Assembly (NCBI RefSeq): GCF_026571515.1 | Contig: NW_026866770.1 | Coordinates: 310,001-374,000, forward strand | Source: Ruditapes philippinarum | Taxonomy: Eukaryota | Direction: 5' to 3' | DNA: 64,000 nucleotides | In this document: piece after piece, positions 25,229-37,824 of the stretch | Layout: each line of letters starts with the position of its first letter | How positions within the stretch are numbered: position 1 is the first letter of the stretch | Program-made: the position numbers and the translations under genes | Notes under the pieces: generated by a model | Seen by the model: the letters and a program-made list of their open reading frames with translations, nothing else | The model's database searches: none | What the model was told of the DNA's origin: nothing

Positions 25229-26774
25229 TTTTTGTTTTAACAAACAAAACCGGTACGGAATTGAATCTAGCTTTCAAAATAGTTTTTATACGTATCTAAA
25301 TTCTAACAGACAATTCGTTATTAAACATTTAGTACATCGCAGAAGTGTTGTATATGTCAATACAATGTCATATCACTAATAAATATCATAACAAAGACCT
25401 GACCGTAATTCAAAATTAATAGGTAACAGTGTCATTAATTACCAATAGCTACTTTAAATATTATCTTTTTATCTAATGTTATCAATCATCAGACGGCTTG
25501 GCTTATCTGTCACAGTAGTTTGTTTAGATCAAAAATTGGAACGGATTGCTTGATTGCAATTGACGTAAAAACATTGATTTTTGGCAAAACATAAATCGAA
25601 TAGGCCACAGACGCAGGATATGCACCGCGCTTTTTAATCTTTTTGTTGTCATTATTCTCGTTCAAAAAGCGTGCTTAATTTGTTTTTTATAATAATTTTT
25701 TACCTATATCTTACAAGACTTTGAAAAAAATGCACAGAAATAACTGCTTCTTTGTTTTAAAACTGACGACATGATTGTATAATTGTACGCAAAAAATGGA
25801 AACTAAAAGATCTATTAAAAATGCAAAGTCACTGGTTTTATTAGAAGCCAGTGTGGCTTTTTTGTAATGATTTGAAAAACAACAAAATTTGGTTCGAACA
25901 TCCTGGTAATAGTGTTACAGCGTTAGTTATGATGTACCACGTGACACATTCATTTGCACTTCTACCTTTTACTAGCAAACACTAAAATGCTTCATTGTTT
26001 TAATGCATTGATAAAAATCATAACCGATGTATCTTAACAGAACAAATTAGTATCTGACGGTATAATAAAAATATATGTATACCGAAAAATTAAACTTTGA
26101 CCGGTTTCTAAACTAGGAAAATATATAAAATTAGGATTATGTATTTTAAGATAACCCGCTTTGATAGTCAGAAGTCCAGAAGTCGAACAAACAATATGTA
26201 CAAGACCAGACATATGCGTTCTCATTCCCGGGTACAGGGTACATTTTTAACCGCGTGGACCAGTCGCTTTCCGCAACAATCATCCTAACTTTATTTCCAC
26301 CGCGTTTCAATTGGTGCAAATTCATTATAAATTAAATTAACACCGACCGTGACCCGTATGAACAATACAGCTCATTAAAATAATATTAACGTATCATTTA
26401 ACACAACAATCAACGTTTTGTTTTAATACCAGTTCGATAACACTGATATAAAGTACTAAAGTTGACGATCAAATAGGGTTTTGTCTGCAAACATTTTTTT
26501 ATATTATCTTCGGATCAAAACATTTTGCAGGACAAAAGGCAATCACATCTTTTTGATGCATACAGCGGGACTAAATTTTAAATACCTTTTTTTATTTGGA
26601 ATAGTTTTGGAGATTTATCATAAAACGTTTTACTTCATGATTTCGGTCAATAATCTTACAAGTAATTTACGTCAACAAAGTGGGCGGGCTAATATATAGT
26701 TTCTTAATTATATCATCGCTTATGGAGAGTAGGCATAATTACCTGTAATTTAAACGACTTTCTGATATTAAAAC

Positions 26775-28310
26775 ATGGAGAAACAACTTGTTATTCTTTT
26801 AATTTTTGGAATAAATTCGTTGATACAGACGACACAGTGTTCATCATGGACTGAAGTGAAGGCGGAGTATGAAAAACTTTACAATGCCTATTCGATGAAT
26901 CAGTTCGAATCTTACGTAAATACGATCCCTTCGAACGATTTTACACAACCGCTAGATATTAGACTGGAATTCGAAATGAACTCTCTTGCCGAATATGACG
27001 CAGTGAATGGTGCGTTAGATGTGATCGGGAGCCTATCAATGACCTGGACAGACAGCATCGGCGCACTGGGCAGTGTGACCTTTGATACGGGAAAGATCAA
27101 TGAAGTAATGGTTCATTATAAGACAGTTTGGACTCCAGTCATTGTGCTGATAAATTCGGCTGATTCCATACAACGAGTCGGGGACGAAACATACAAAGTA
27201 AGATTGAATCTCGGAACTGGTGAAGCGAACTGGAAACCTCGAATTATAATCAAAGGTTCCTGTTCTCCGGACGTGACGTACTTCCCCTTTGATCAACAGT
27301 CGTGCACATTCACTTTTCAGCCTTGGTATCTAACGAAAACGAGGCTAAAATTGTCGGTCGCTTCAAATGAATGGAAAATGGACAGGTACGACAAAAGCGG
27401 CGTTTGGGACATCGAATCGACCGATTCAAGTACTTATATTTCAGGTGACTATTATTTTGCTAACTTTACTGTAACATTCAATCGGGAACCAACGTACTTT
27501 ACAGTCAACTTAGTTTTGCCTATTTTGTGCTTATCTATGTTAAGCGGATGTGTATTTCTTCTTCCTGCAGCATCAGGTGAACGTATAGGGTTTGTCATAA
27601 CCTGCTTTCTGTCGTTTATTGTCCTTTTGCAGACGACAATGACGTATTTACCACAAGCGTCTTCGCCGATGTCTCTTTTGTGCTATTACGTCATAGTTAT
27701 GATGCTTTTTAGCGCCATATTAACCTTAATTACTGCCATTCTTCTGAGGGTCTACCACAAGCCAAAAGGCGAGGATGTTCCGAGATGGCTTATACATGTT
27801 TTAGAGATTATCAAATGTATTAAATGTCGGCGCGTTTGTGGAAAAAAGGCAAATTCAGTAGAAGATGGTTCTTTCTTTCCCGGCAAATCCTCAAAGAAAG
27901 GCGGATCGTTAAACCAAATGCCAAAACGGACAGTCTTTAATGCAGATCGACTGTCATCAGTAACCGGATATAGCTCTCCGAAATCACTAGAACAAATGAA
28001 AGTAAAAAGTGTTACGAGTGCGGACTCTTTCGCGTCATCAAGCATGGCTAGCGTGGCAGATGACGTAGATAATGTTAAATCTGCAAGTAAATCAAGGAGC
28101 AATCGCGAAAAAGTAAAAGTAATTGCTTCTGGACTTGAAGTGGCGACGGAATCGTCAGAATACTATGAGGAAGATGATGAAAGTACCATAGAAGAAATTG
28201 ACTGGGAATTGATTGGCCATCTTTTGGATACTTTCTTTTTACTCGCGTTTATCGGAGTACAGGTTGGATTCAGCATTATATTTTTGGTGCCTATTGGTAC
28301 TCGAGCGTAA
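26775..28310 (+). CDS. Atypical Cys-loop ligand-gated ion channel subunit (nAChR-like), paralog B, 511 aa, intronless CDS
   Basis: Signal peptide, WTPVIVL, Cys-loop CSPDVTYFPFDQQSC, M1-M3, M2 PAASGERIGFVITCFLS, M4 after IDWELIGHLLD. Confidence 0.95.
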   Translation: MEKQLVILLIFGINSLIQTTQCSSWTEVKAEYEKLYNAYSMNQFESYVNTIPSNDFTQPLDIRLEFEMNSLAEYDAVNGALDVIGSLSMTWTDSIGALGSVTFDTGKINEVMVHYKTVWTPVIVLINSADSIQRVGDETYKVRLNLGTGEANWKPRIIIKGSCSPDVTYFPFDQQSCTFTFQPWYLTKTRLKLSVASNEWKMDRYDKSGVWDIESTDSSTYISGDYYFANFTVTFNREPTYFTVNLVLPILCLSMLSGCVFLLPAASGERIGFVITCFLSFIVLLQTTMTYLPQASSPMSLLCYYVIVMMLFSAILTLITAILLRVYHKPKGEDVPRWLIHVLEIIKCIKCRRVCGKKANSVEDGSFFPGKSSKKGGSLNQMPKRTVFNADRLSSVTGYSSPKSLEQMKVKSVTSADSFASSSMASVADDVDNVKSASKSRSNREKVKVIASGLEVATESSEYYEEDDESTIEEIDWELIGHLLDTFFLLAFIGVQVGFSIIFLVPIGTRA

Positions 28311-28381
28311 ACAAAATACAACGAAGACCTACAATTATATTGTATAACTGAAATCATGTATTATGAGGTTATTTTACATTC

Positions 28382-28510
28382 TTAAGTACAATATTGATTT
28401 TTATTGGACGAGTACATACCTTTCAAAACTATACTGGACGGGGCGCTAGCCGAATCCGATATAGGTTTTGCAGCTGTGTACGAGTCCAATAAAATCAGTA
28501 TTGTTCTTAA
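28382..28510. mobile_element. ~130-bp palindromic element in the presumed 3'UTR of paralog B
   Basis: TTAAGTACAATATTGATTTTTATTGGAC is the near-exact reverse complement of GTCCAATAAAATCAGTATTGTTCTTAA. Confidence 0.65.
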
Positions 28511-31500
28511 ACATGTTTAGTGACATCTTTATTTCACACCACCATTTTGTAATTTTGAGAGAACTTTGTTATTTCAATTACAATAAGGATTTGATATGGG
28601 CAGTGAAAACGATCTAGATGGTGTGCGATATGGATATGATATGAATCTTTTGGATTCTGGAAATGAAAATGAGGCTATATTGGGTGTAATATGCATTTGA
28701 TATGTACCTTTTGGACTCTGGAAATAAAAACGAGGCTATAAGGGATGTGATATGCATTTAATATGGACATTTTGGACTCTGGAAATGAAAACGAAGCTGA
28801 ATTGATTAGATAAGATCCAATAATGATTTCTTTTGAAACATCCCGTGATGCAAATGCTGAAAGTGTACTGGGTGTGGAATAAACAGTATTCAATCCCTGA
28901 TATGAAATAGCCTTATCTGATATGCGAAAAAACATCGAGCTAAACAAATCTAAAAATGATTTTAAAAACGTTAAAGTTTACTTATTGAAAAAAGATTGAA
29001 TTCTATATTAACGAGAAAAATAACTGATTGTACGGGCTGATAGTGAAGTCAAATATTTCAGTTTATCATAATTATGTTGATAGTATGGAAGTTTGAGTTA
29101 TTTTTGTTTTATTACATGTACATTTAATTTTACCTACCTAAGATGTACTTCATTTTAACCACAATGAAAAAGTTACCATTATCCTCTATCTGTACAAGAT
29201 TACATAGGTTTGGAATGTGTTTACTTTGCAATAAAACTTTTATTCATTCAGAAATAATAGCACATGAGCACTTCATTCCCGTATAATTATATCAACCCCC
29301 TATTTCTTTACGTTAGGGTACGAAGGAGGTCGGGGATATCGTGCCTATTTTAGTGATCTGTCGCGGTTTTTGTTTCAGTAGAACACGACGCTCAAATGGA
29401 AAGAAACGCTCACTTTATATTGTTTGGTAAACATCCATTTATAGATTGGAAAACAATGTCTTTAATATGCAATAATAAAATCATTTATTGATTTTTTTTC
29501 TTCTCTAAATTTGAATGTATATTTTTGTTACATTTTAATATTTTTTAATAATATTCCATACATTTTGATTTTCAAAAATATTTCTGTTAAACATATACTA
29601 TGCTCAAATTTGATAATAAGAAAATCTTGATAGTTGCTACACAGTTTCTTTGTGAATATAAAATAAACATGTTTTGACTTCATATAAGGTAGATATTTAT
29701 GTTTAAAACTCTAAACACTATAGGTGGTCACAATATGAATACATAGTGTCATTTTTAAGAAAAGACCAACTTAGACCTGTTAGACCTGTAATAGGGAACG
29801 CAGCTTCCCATACATAGTTTATTCATTTTTATTCATATGAGACATTTCCAGTAAGAATTTCATAGATTTCAATAAATTTATGTTATTAAAATATTTTACT
29901 CAAGATTGAGCACAGTTTATCTTTAATGGTTTTTATTCACGTCTAGTTTGACAATTACATCTTAGTCAGTTTTGTTTTAGATGTTCAGTTGTGTCAGATG
30001 ACTTATTATTTGATGCATGTTTCTTTTGTTTAGACTTATAGACATCTTTATACATCTGTATAAATGCATGCTTTATACAATCTTATGAAGCCGAACTTTT
30101 ATCAAAAACAAATGTGTTTTGTTAATTGTCATCAAAAATAAAAAAATGTATTGCTTGTTATATACACCACATATACCATGAGGGGAATATATCATACGAG
30201 TGAGAAATAAACAAAATAAAAATCCATTTTAACTTGTCATACCTGTAACATGTATTGTTTTGTTTTCGTCTTTCACCTGTTTATTAAGCCGTTTAGTTTT
30301 TTTGATTCTCTCGATTCCTTTATTTATGCTTTAATATAAATGTAATAGTACTTGTACCTAGGGAAGGACCATAGATAATGTTGATATAAATCTTGGTCCA
30401 ACCCTTTGGCATCTACATTTTATTTATTCTTAAGATCATGATGTTAAATTGTGATAATTTATCATGTACAAATAAACAATAAAATATTATTAAAATTAAA
30501 AAAAGCTATTGGTACAATACTAATTGATCACCAAAATAGAAGACATTATTTGGGCGAAGTCCGTCTGAGAACAGTTTGGTTTCTTGTAAAATATACAGAG
30601 AAGAACTACATATGTATTTAAATATGGATGTCTATTGGCCATTAGCTAAAATCAATGGCCATTCTAAAATTAGAAGAAAAAAATTGAAAGTACGAATGGC
30701 GTCTTCGATAGAATGAGAATTTACATTCAGAATTACTGTCATTATAAAAAAGCGCTGAGCTATTATTCTTCATGTATTCAAAAGTCCGAAATGAGTTATG
30801 AAAAAGTATCTCTTTAAAAGATACTTCTTTCAATAATAATTATAAATACTGGCATTTGAATAAATTTTTAATGCATATTAATCGTGTTTTACAGAAACAT
30901 GATAATTCTTTTATACAAATTTAATGAAAAAAAGAAAAAAATGTAAACTCAAGACTTTTCAGAAAGATATATAAGAGCTTTTTTTTTATTTCATATCCAA
31001 TTTTATTCCATTACTTCACTTGTATACAGTGACAATTCAAGTCATCTGTACAAATTAGCCTGCTTATCAATATTAATAAGAAACTGTCATATTTTTACAG
31101 TATTCCCTTTGCAAAAAAGTGCGGACAACTCTTTATAAGAAAGGGAATCATTTTCATGTGATACGCTTGAGTGTTCGCAAGTTCACTTTCTTTCAAACAT
31201 GTCCTCGATGCTTGTATGTGGTCGCACGATCAAAAATCTTTAACAAAATGGCAACATCCTTAGAAGTGTATTGTTTCAAAATTGCAATGTTCTTGACAGA
31301 AACTAATTCCTAAAAAGGTCCAGTTGCATGAATTTTGGGTCAATGATCACTATTACTAAAGTAAGGGAAAGGTCGTAATCAAATAAACGTATAGGGTGAA
31401 AAGTACGAACACTCTTTTTATGAAATCGGAACCACAACTTTGCGTTTCAATCTTATCCACCACAGTCTGCATGATAATCATTGTCAATTCTTTTATATAC

Positions 31501-31676
31501 TTTTTTTGCAATGTGATATTTCCATAGAAACGGAAGTAGCAGTTCGCACATGCGCAGTCTGCGTCCGACAAAAAGCAAAGAAAACGAAAGAATAAATTTT
31601 ATCAGTAGATCTACTCAACAACTACATTAACAATTAAATGATTAACATTAGGTTTAGAATAGTTTCTTTTGATAAA

Positions 31677-33026
31677 CACGGGGGAGGAAGTGTTACACGA
31701 AGGATGGAGTTCTTATGATAACTTGTTTGGAGTTCTTATGATAACTGTCACGGAGTTCCTGGAAAACGTTACGGATTTCTGTGGAAAACTTTTCTATATA
31801 CTTGGAGAAATCGCGTAAAAAATGGTTATTTTTAAATTTAAATGGGGAGTTTGAGGTGCAAAATTAAACTTTGACAATGAAGCTTGCCCTACATATTGTA
31901 TTTTGTTTCAGAAAAAATCTTTTAGTCCATATTTTGTCGCCTTTTAAAAAAAAATCTGGTAGTCTTGAGAGAAATAACCGAATTACTTGCTAATTCGTAC
32001 ATATTGACCTTTTCATTTGTGATCTTCTTCGTTGCTATACTTTATTACCTAATTATAATGGAGAGTTGCAAAAATAAAGCCCGGGCTAATAAATTTATAC
32101 CCGATTTTTCAAATGTTACGGAGTTCTTGCGATAACTCAAAATATGTCCTGGAGTTCTTATGATAACTTTTGTTACTGCCAGTGTGTTTTTGTGCTTAAT
32201 CACGGCACGTTTAAGCGTATTTTATTAGTCAATAAGTGTTTAAATCATAACGAAGCATAGTACGCTTATCATTTGCACAAAAATTTGGTTATATAACGTT
32301 GGTTTTAATCGTGTTTTCAGTTCAAGAGATATTTTTCTTACCTCCGTTTCTTGTGTTTTCGCACAAATTTAATTAGGAACTAAAACACGATCAAAACCAT
32401 CGTTATATAACCAAATTTTTGTGCAAATGATAAGCGTACTATGCTTCATAATGATTTACACACTTATTGACTAATAAAATACGCTTAAACGTGCCGTAAT
32501 TAAGCACAAGAAACACACTGGCAGTAACAAAAGTTATCATAAGAACTCCAGGACATATTTTGAGTTATCACAAGAACTCCGTAACATTTGAAAAATCGGG
32601 TATACATTTATTAGCCCGTGCTTTATGTTTGCAACTCTCCACTATAATTAGTTGATTATGTATAGCAACGAAGAAGATCACAAATGAAAAGATCAATATG
32701 TACGAATTAGCAAGTAATTTGGAAATTTTTCTCAAAACTACCAGGTTTTTTTTTAAAAAAAAGGCGACGAAATATGGACTAAAAGATTTTTTCTGAAACA
32801 TAATACAATATGTAGGGCAAGCTTAATTATCAAAGTTTAATTTAGCACCTCAAACTCCCCATTTAAAGTTAAAAATAACCATTTTTACGCGATTTCTCCA
32901 AGTATATAGAAAAGTTTTCCACAGAAATCCGTAACGTTTTCCAGGAACTCCGTGACAGTTATCATAAGAACTCAAAACAAGTTATCATAAGAACTCCATC
33001 CTTCGAGTAACACTTCCTCCCCCGTG
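31677..33026. mobile_element. 1350-bp foldback element: ~650-bp inverted arms, CAC...GTG termini, 5-bp TSD ATAAA (Transib/RAG-like or Chapaev-related, non-autonomous)
   Basis: Left arm 31677-~32323 (CACGGGGGAGGAAGTGTTAC...), right arm ~32377-33026 (...GTAACACTTCCTCCCCCGTG). ATAAA at 31672-31676 and 33027-33031. Repeated GGAGTTCTTATGATAACT boxes. Confidence 0.85.
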
Positions 33027-34014
33027 ATAAATAACCATAGTAATACTCGAAATGACAAAACTATCTTATACATGTATACGATATGACGCCGACGTTATCG
33101 GAATCGTTCCGGTTTTAACCAAAATTGGCAATTTAAGCGGCGTCACCTCGTGAAGACAAATGACACCGAATTGCACTGTGTATGTGTAAGGAGCTGAAAC
33201 AGTTCTCACCAAGTGTTTCCAGTAAAAACCTAAAACATAAAGTAAAACTTACTGGTGACAATGAAAGAAAGACGGCTTCAACACAATAGCGAATGAACCA
33301 AGACTTCTGCAAAAGTTGTGGTCAGTATTAACACGACATCACATTTTGATGATGTCAAACACAATATGTAAAAGACAATAGAATAGATGCAAGTTTATAG
33401 TTATGCACAAAATCAATGACCAAATAAGCATAATACGAGTAGCAATGAAAAAAGCAATACAGTATAAAGCAAAAAGCAAATTCCGTGTCATTAAGCAAGG
33501 TAGAAGCTTAATAATTGAGTGATTTAAGTTTCAATTTCGCCAAGCAAAATGGAATAAATGCAGTAATTCTGTTCCATAGTTTTAAAAATGTGTAATTTTG
33601 ATCTACTTATTATTAAGTTTATAGCAATTAATTAAATCTTTTTTTAATTGGAACATTTCGTGCCCGACATTTTACACATTCTTTTCAAAGCATTGCTTAA
33701 AAGTCGTAAATCAGTATTGCCGACGGATTAACATCGACACCGTTTTAAACCCAATACACCTGTGATGTGTCTATGTATTTCATCGATGGGCCATATAAAA
33801 TGATTAATAAAGATAAAAAATATTCTAAAGGAACTGCGATTAGGTTATCACGCATCTTTTTGATCTACAAACTTGTTATTGGCATTGTTGAAAAGACAAA
33901 TTACTCGACACATTCTTACAGTATCAAAATGTATCACACATTTAAATAATAATGTTTAATGTAAGACAATTGATCCACATTTTATTTTGTTTTATACCAA
34001 AGTGATAATAAGCA

Positions 34015-37000
34015 ATGGCTAAAATTCTGTATTTAAATTCTCTTGTAAGAACTGACGGAATGTGCAATTTTCTAGTGATTTTAACTTTCTTAAACATTTT
34101 CATATCACCAGCTTTTTGCCAGACCTATGACGACGCAAAGGCCGTGCAGGAGACTTTGCTGAACTTCTATTCAAACAATAACACACAGCTGACGAGTATC
34201 ATACCGGTCGAGGACCAGTCTACCGCGTTGAGCGTTATACTCACAATGCACCTATACTCAGTAGACGGGTTCAACGCAGTAACGGGACTGGTTGAGATAT
34301 CCGGAAGTCTGTATCTCGAATGGAAGGACGAGACTAGGGCGGCTTCCATTGGGAACTATGTCTTTCCATTCAGTCCAGAAGGTCAGTACCAATTTTTTGA
34401 TGATAACTATTCAATCATTTTTGTATATGTTTATTTTCTTGTTTGCACTGTTATTGTTTAAGTGCATGGATGCATACAATAATATATAATAACTCTGTAA
34501 TTGGAAAGAAACCGACAAACACCACTTTGGATTGTTCTCGTCTTTTTTCTGCCAGCGACAACATTTCAATCATTCCAAAACACCACTGGGATAAAAAACA
34601 AATATAAATTGTTCCGCCTAAATTTTGACCTATAACAGGTTTAAGTAAATCAAGTATTTCGTGCAAAAGAACAGTAACTTATTAATTCATATCATTAAAA
34701 ATTTTAAACATAGAAAAACAAAGTCTGAAAAAATAGTTTACTAACTCAAATCAACTTCTGATGAAGAACATGAAATAATTTTACAACAAACCATTGGTTT
34801 TATATGTTCAAACTAGCCAATATGATTGGAATAAGTACATTTGTATACTGTTTTTATGTTAAAATTCCGGAAATAATTTTTTCATGTTATAATTTGTGAA
34901 CAATATAAATAAATGTGAAAATAAATGGAAGGTCAAATAAATTTTCTAGTCTGGAACTGACACACTTAAAGTCTTATAATTTTCTTTTATTATTAGGTTA
35001 CTCCGTTCGTCTGCCGCAGGAATCGGTTTTTCGTCCATCAATCCGCTTAACAAATGCTGTTGATTCGGTCAAGCACATTGGCGATCCTGCATACAAAATA
35101 CGTTACCATGTATACGACGGGAGAATGATGTGGCAGCCGAAAGTGATCATGAAAGCAGCTTGCAAACCGGTATGTTGAATATTATCCATTGACCGCCAAA
35201 AATGCAGCTTTGTATATACTGCATGGGGCTATACAACATCAGAAATCATTCTCGACAGTGCACAGTCTGAATGGTACCTTTGCGATTACAAAACCCCAAT
35301 GCTGGTGTGGGGCCTAATTGAAACAACGGTTGAAAGCTACGAAGTTGATGATCAATCCTACATGAGATTCCTTTTCACAATCGAGCGCCAACCGTTATAC
35401 TTTGTGATGAAATGTTATATTTCCCATACTGCTTCTGTCTGTTTTGACTGGTTTCGTTTTTTCTACTTCGGCGGAAAGTGAGGAGAGCGCATTGGCTATT
35501 CGCTGACATGTTATCTCTCTTTGTTCAACACCACTTTGGATTGTTCTCGTCTTTTTTTCTGCCAGCGACAACATTTCAATCTGCCAAAACACCACTGGGA
35601 AAAAAATAAACATAAATTGTTCCGCCTGAATTTTGACCTGTAACAGACTTAAGTAAATAAAGTTTTTTTGCGAAAGAACTGTAACTCATTAATTCATATC
35701 TTTAAAAAAAAGTCTGAAAAAATAGTTTACTAATTCAAATCCTCTTCTGATGAAGAATAGATCATTTTACACCAAACCATTGGTTTTGTATTTTCAAACT
35801 AGCCAATATCACCTCACAGAATATTATTTGAATAAGTATACTGTTTGAAATAGATACTTTGTTAAAATTAGTGAATAATATAAATGAAGGTGACGGTCAA
35901 GATTAATTTTCTCGTCTGGAGCTGAAGTCTTATAATTTTCTTTTATTATTAGGTTATTCCGTTCGTCTGCCGCAGGAATCTGTTTTTCGTCCATCAATCC
36001 GCTTAACAAATGCTGTTGATTCGGTCAAGCACATTGGCGATCCTGCATACAAAATACGTTACCATGTATACGACGGGAGAATGATGTGGCAGCCGAAAGT
36101 GATCATGAAAGCAGCATGCAAACCGGATGTTGAATATTATCCATTTGACCGCCAAAAATGCAGCTTTGTATATACTGCATGGGGCTATACAACATCAGAA
36201 ATCATTCTCGACAGTGCACAGTCTGAATGGTACCTTTGCGATTACAAACCCAATGCTGTGTGGGGTCTTATTGAAACAACGGTTGAAAGCTACGAAGTCG
36301 ACGATCAATCCTACATGAGATTCCTTTTCACAATCGAACGCCAACCGTTATACTTTGTGATGAATGTTATATTTCCCATACTGCTTCTGTCCGTTTTGAC
36401 TGGTTTCGTTTTTCTACTTCCGGCGGAAAGTGGAGAGCGCATTGGCTATTCGCTGACATGTTTTCTCTCTTTCGTATTCATGCTACAGACTGTGATGGGG
36501 TTTTTACCTCATACCGCAGATCCGATGTCGCTTTTTTGTTTCTATGTTATCATAATGATGGTTGTAAGCATTGTTGCATGCATACTAACAGTTTTAATGT
36601 TGAGATTACATCTTAAACCGGAAACAGATAAAGTACCAAAATGGCTCCAGAAATTTGTGCGTTTCATTCGCTGTGGACTATGTAAAGCAGCATGGCGGAA
36701 GTGTCGGAAAAAATGCAAAAGATCAGTCGACAACTTACCTGTTGAAGGTGAGTGTTTAATTTTTCTAAATTTATTTGGTAAATCTCAAAATTTCTCAAAC
36801 TGCCTTTTACATGTCTGTAAATTTACTGTACATTTTACGACATTTGTATATATTTATAAACTATTTATATGAAATATAGAAATTCATCGGAAATATATGA
36901 GAATTTTGAATATCAAAATAAGTTGAACGAATTGTTAAAAATGGAGCCTTAAATTCCTTTTATTAAAATAAAAAACACAACAAAAAACAACAGCCAACAT

Positions 37001-37365
37001 AAAAAACAGAAAGATAAATTAAACGTAAAACGTTTTCTTTGATTTTTGGAGTCTCCCTTATCTTTTCAGAGAATGCAAATGCACAAGTACAGATTCGGAG
37101 ATCTTCAGTTTCAGTTCAAATGGTAGCATTGTCAACCTTCCGTCGGATTGAATCAGCCGGTGCCAATTTAGATACCTTGTTCGAAAATGCTGTTACAGAG
37201 GCGGATGACGGTGTAAGCGTAATCGATGACGATGAGCAGGAGGAAGAAATGTCGTGGACAAATGTCGCCGACGTCCTTGATACATTTTTCTTTCTTGTGT
37301 TTCTAGGGGGACAAGCTACTCTGTCTGTCTTTTTCCTAGTGCCCTTGGTGACAGGGCCATCTTAG
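34015..37365 (+). CDS. Atypical Cys-loop ligand-gated ion channel subunit (nAChR-like), paralog C, ~485 aa, 3 exons
   Basis: Exons 34015-34381, 35953-36747 and 37070-37365 (phase 1/1, total 1458 nt; the ATG at 34060 is an alternative start). Cys-loop CKPDVEYYPFDRQKC, M2 PAESGERIGYSLTCFLS, M4 after MSWTNVADVLD. Confidence 0.88.
34997..35525 (+). pseudogene. Frameshifted partial duplicate of paralog C exon 2 (tandem duplication or assembly/haplotype artefact)
   Basis: ~34518-35525 is repeated at ~35526-36475. The first copy has several 1-2 nt indels and ends within M2. Confidence 0.8.
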
Positions 37366-37824
37366 AGTAAAATATCAGCCATCAGCTCGTTTATATTTAT
37401 CTGGAAAGCATCTAGTTAACAAGACATTTTTCATGATCTTAGCGGCGTTTGTTTGCTTTTTAATAAATACGGAAAGTTAATAAAAACCGCGAAACAATTC
37501 AGACCATTTGTATTGTGACTTGAACTTAACGCAATATTGGTTATATAGCCTTAGCTGCTTAACTTGCTTAATCGCTTTTAGTAGAACAATTCTTAACACT
37601 GCACGTTTGTAACGTCGTTTTCATTGGATAATCGTGACGTTTCATAATGCTAATGTTGAGACAGGCACAACCAGAAAGAAAATGATTCCCTCTGAATAAT
37701 TTATATCTTACATTATTGAATCACATGTCATTGATAATTCGATGACATATTTGTTATTAAAATGCAATTGTATATAATGTTTAATTTTATTTCAATGTTT
37801 AACTAGCCAGTAAAGTCTTATATA

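Noticed and set aside
26775-28310. Assigning a vertebrate CHRNA/CHRNB symbol to the channels
   Set aside because: They lack the alpha-defining vicinal Cys and are too divergent; orthology cannot be supported.
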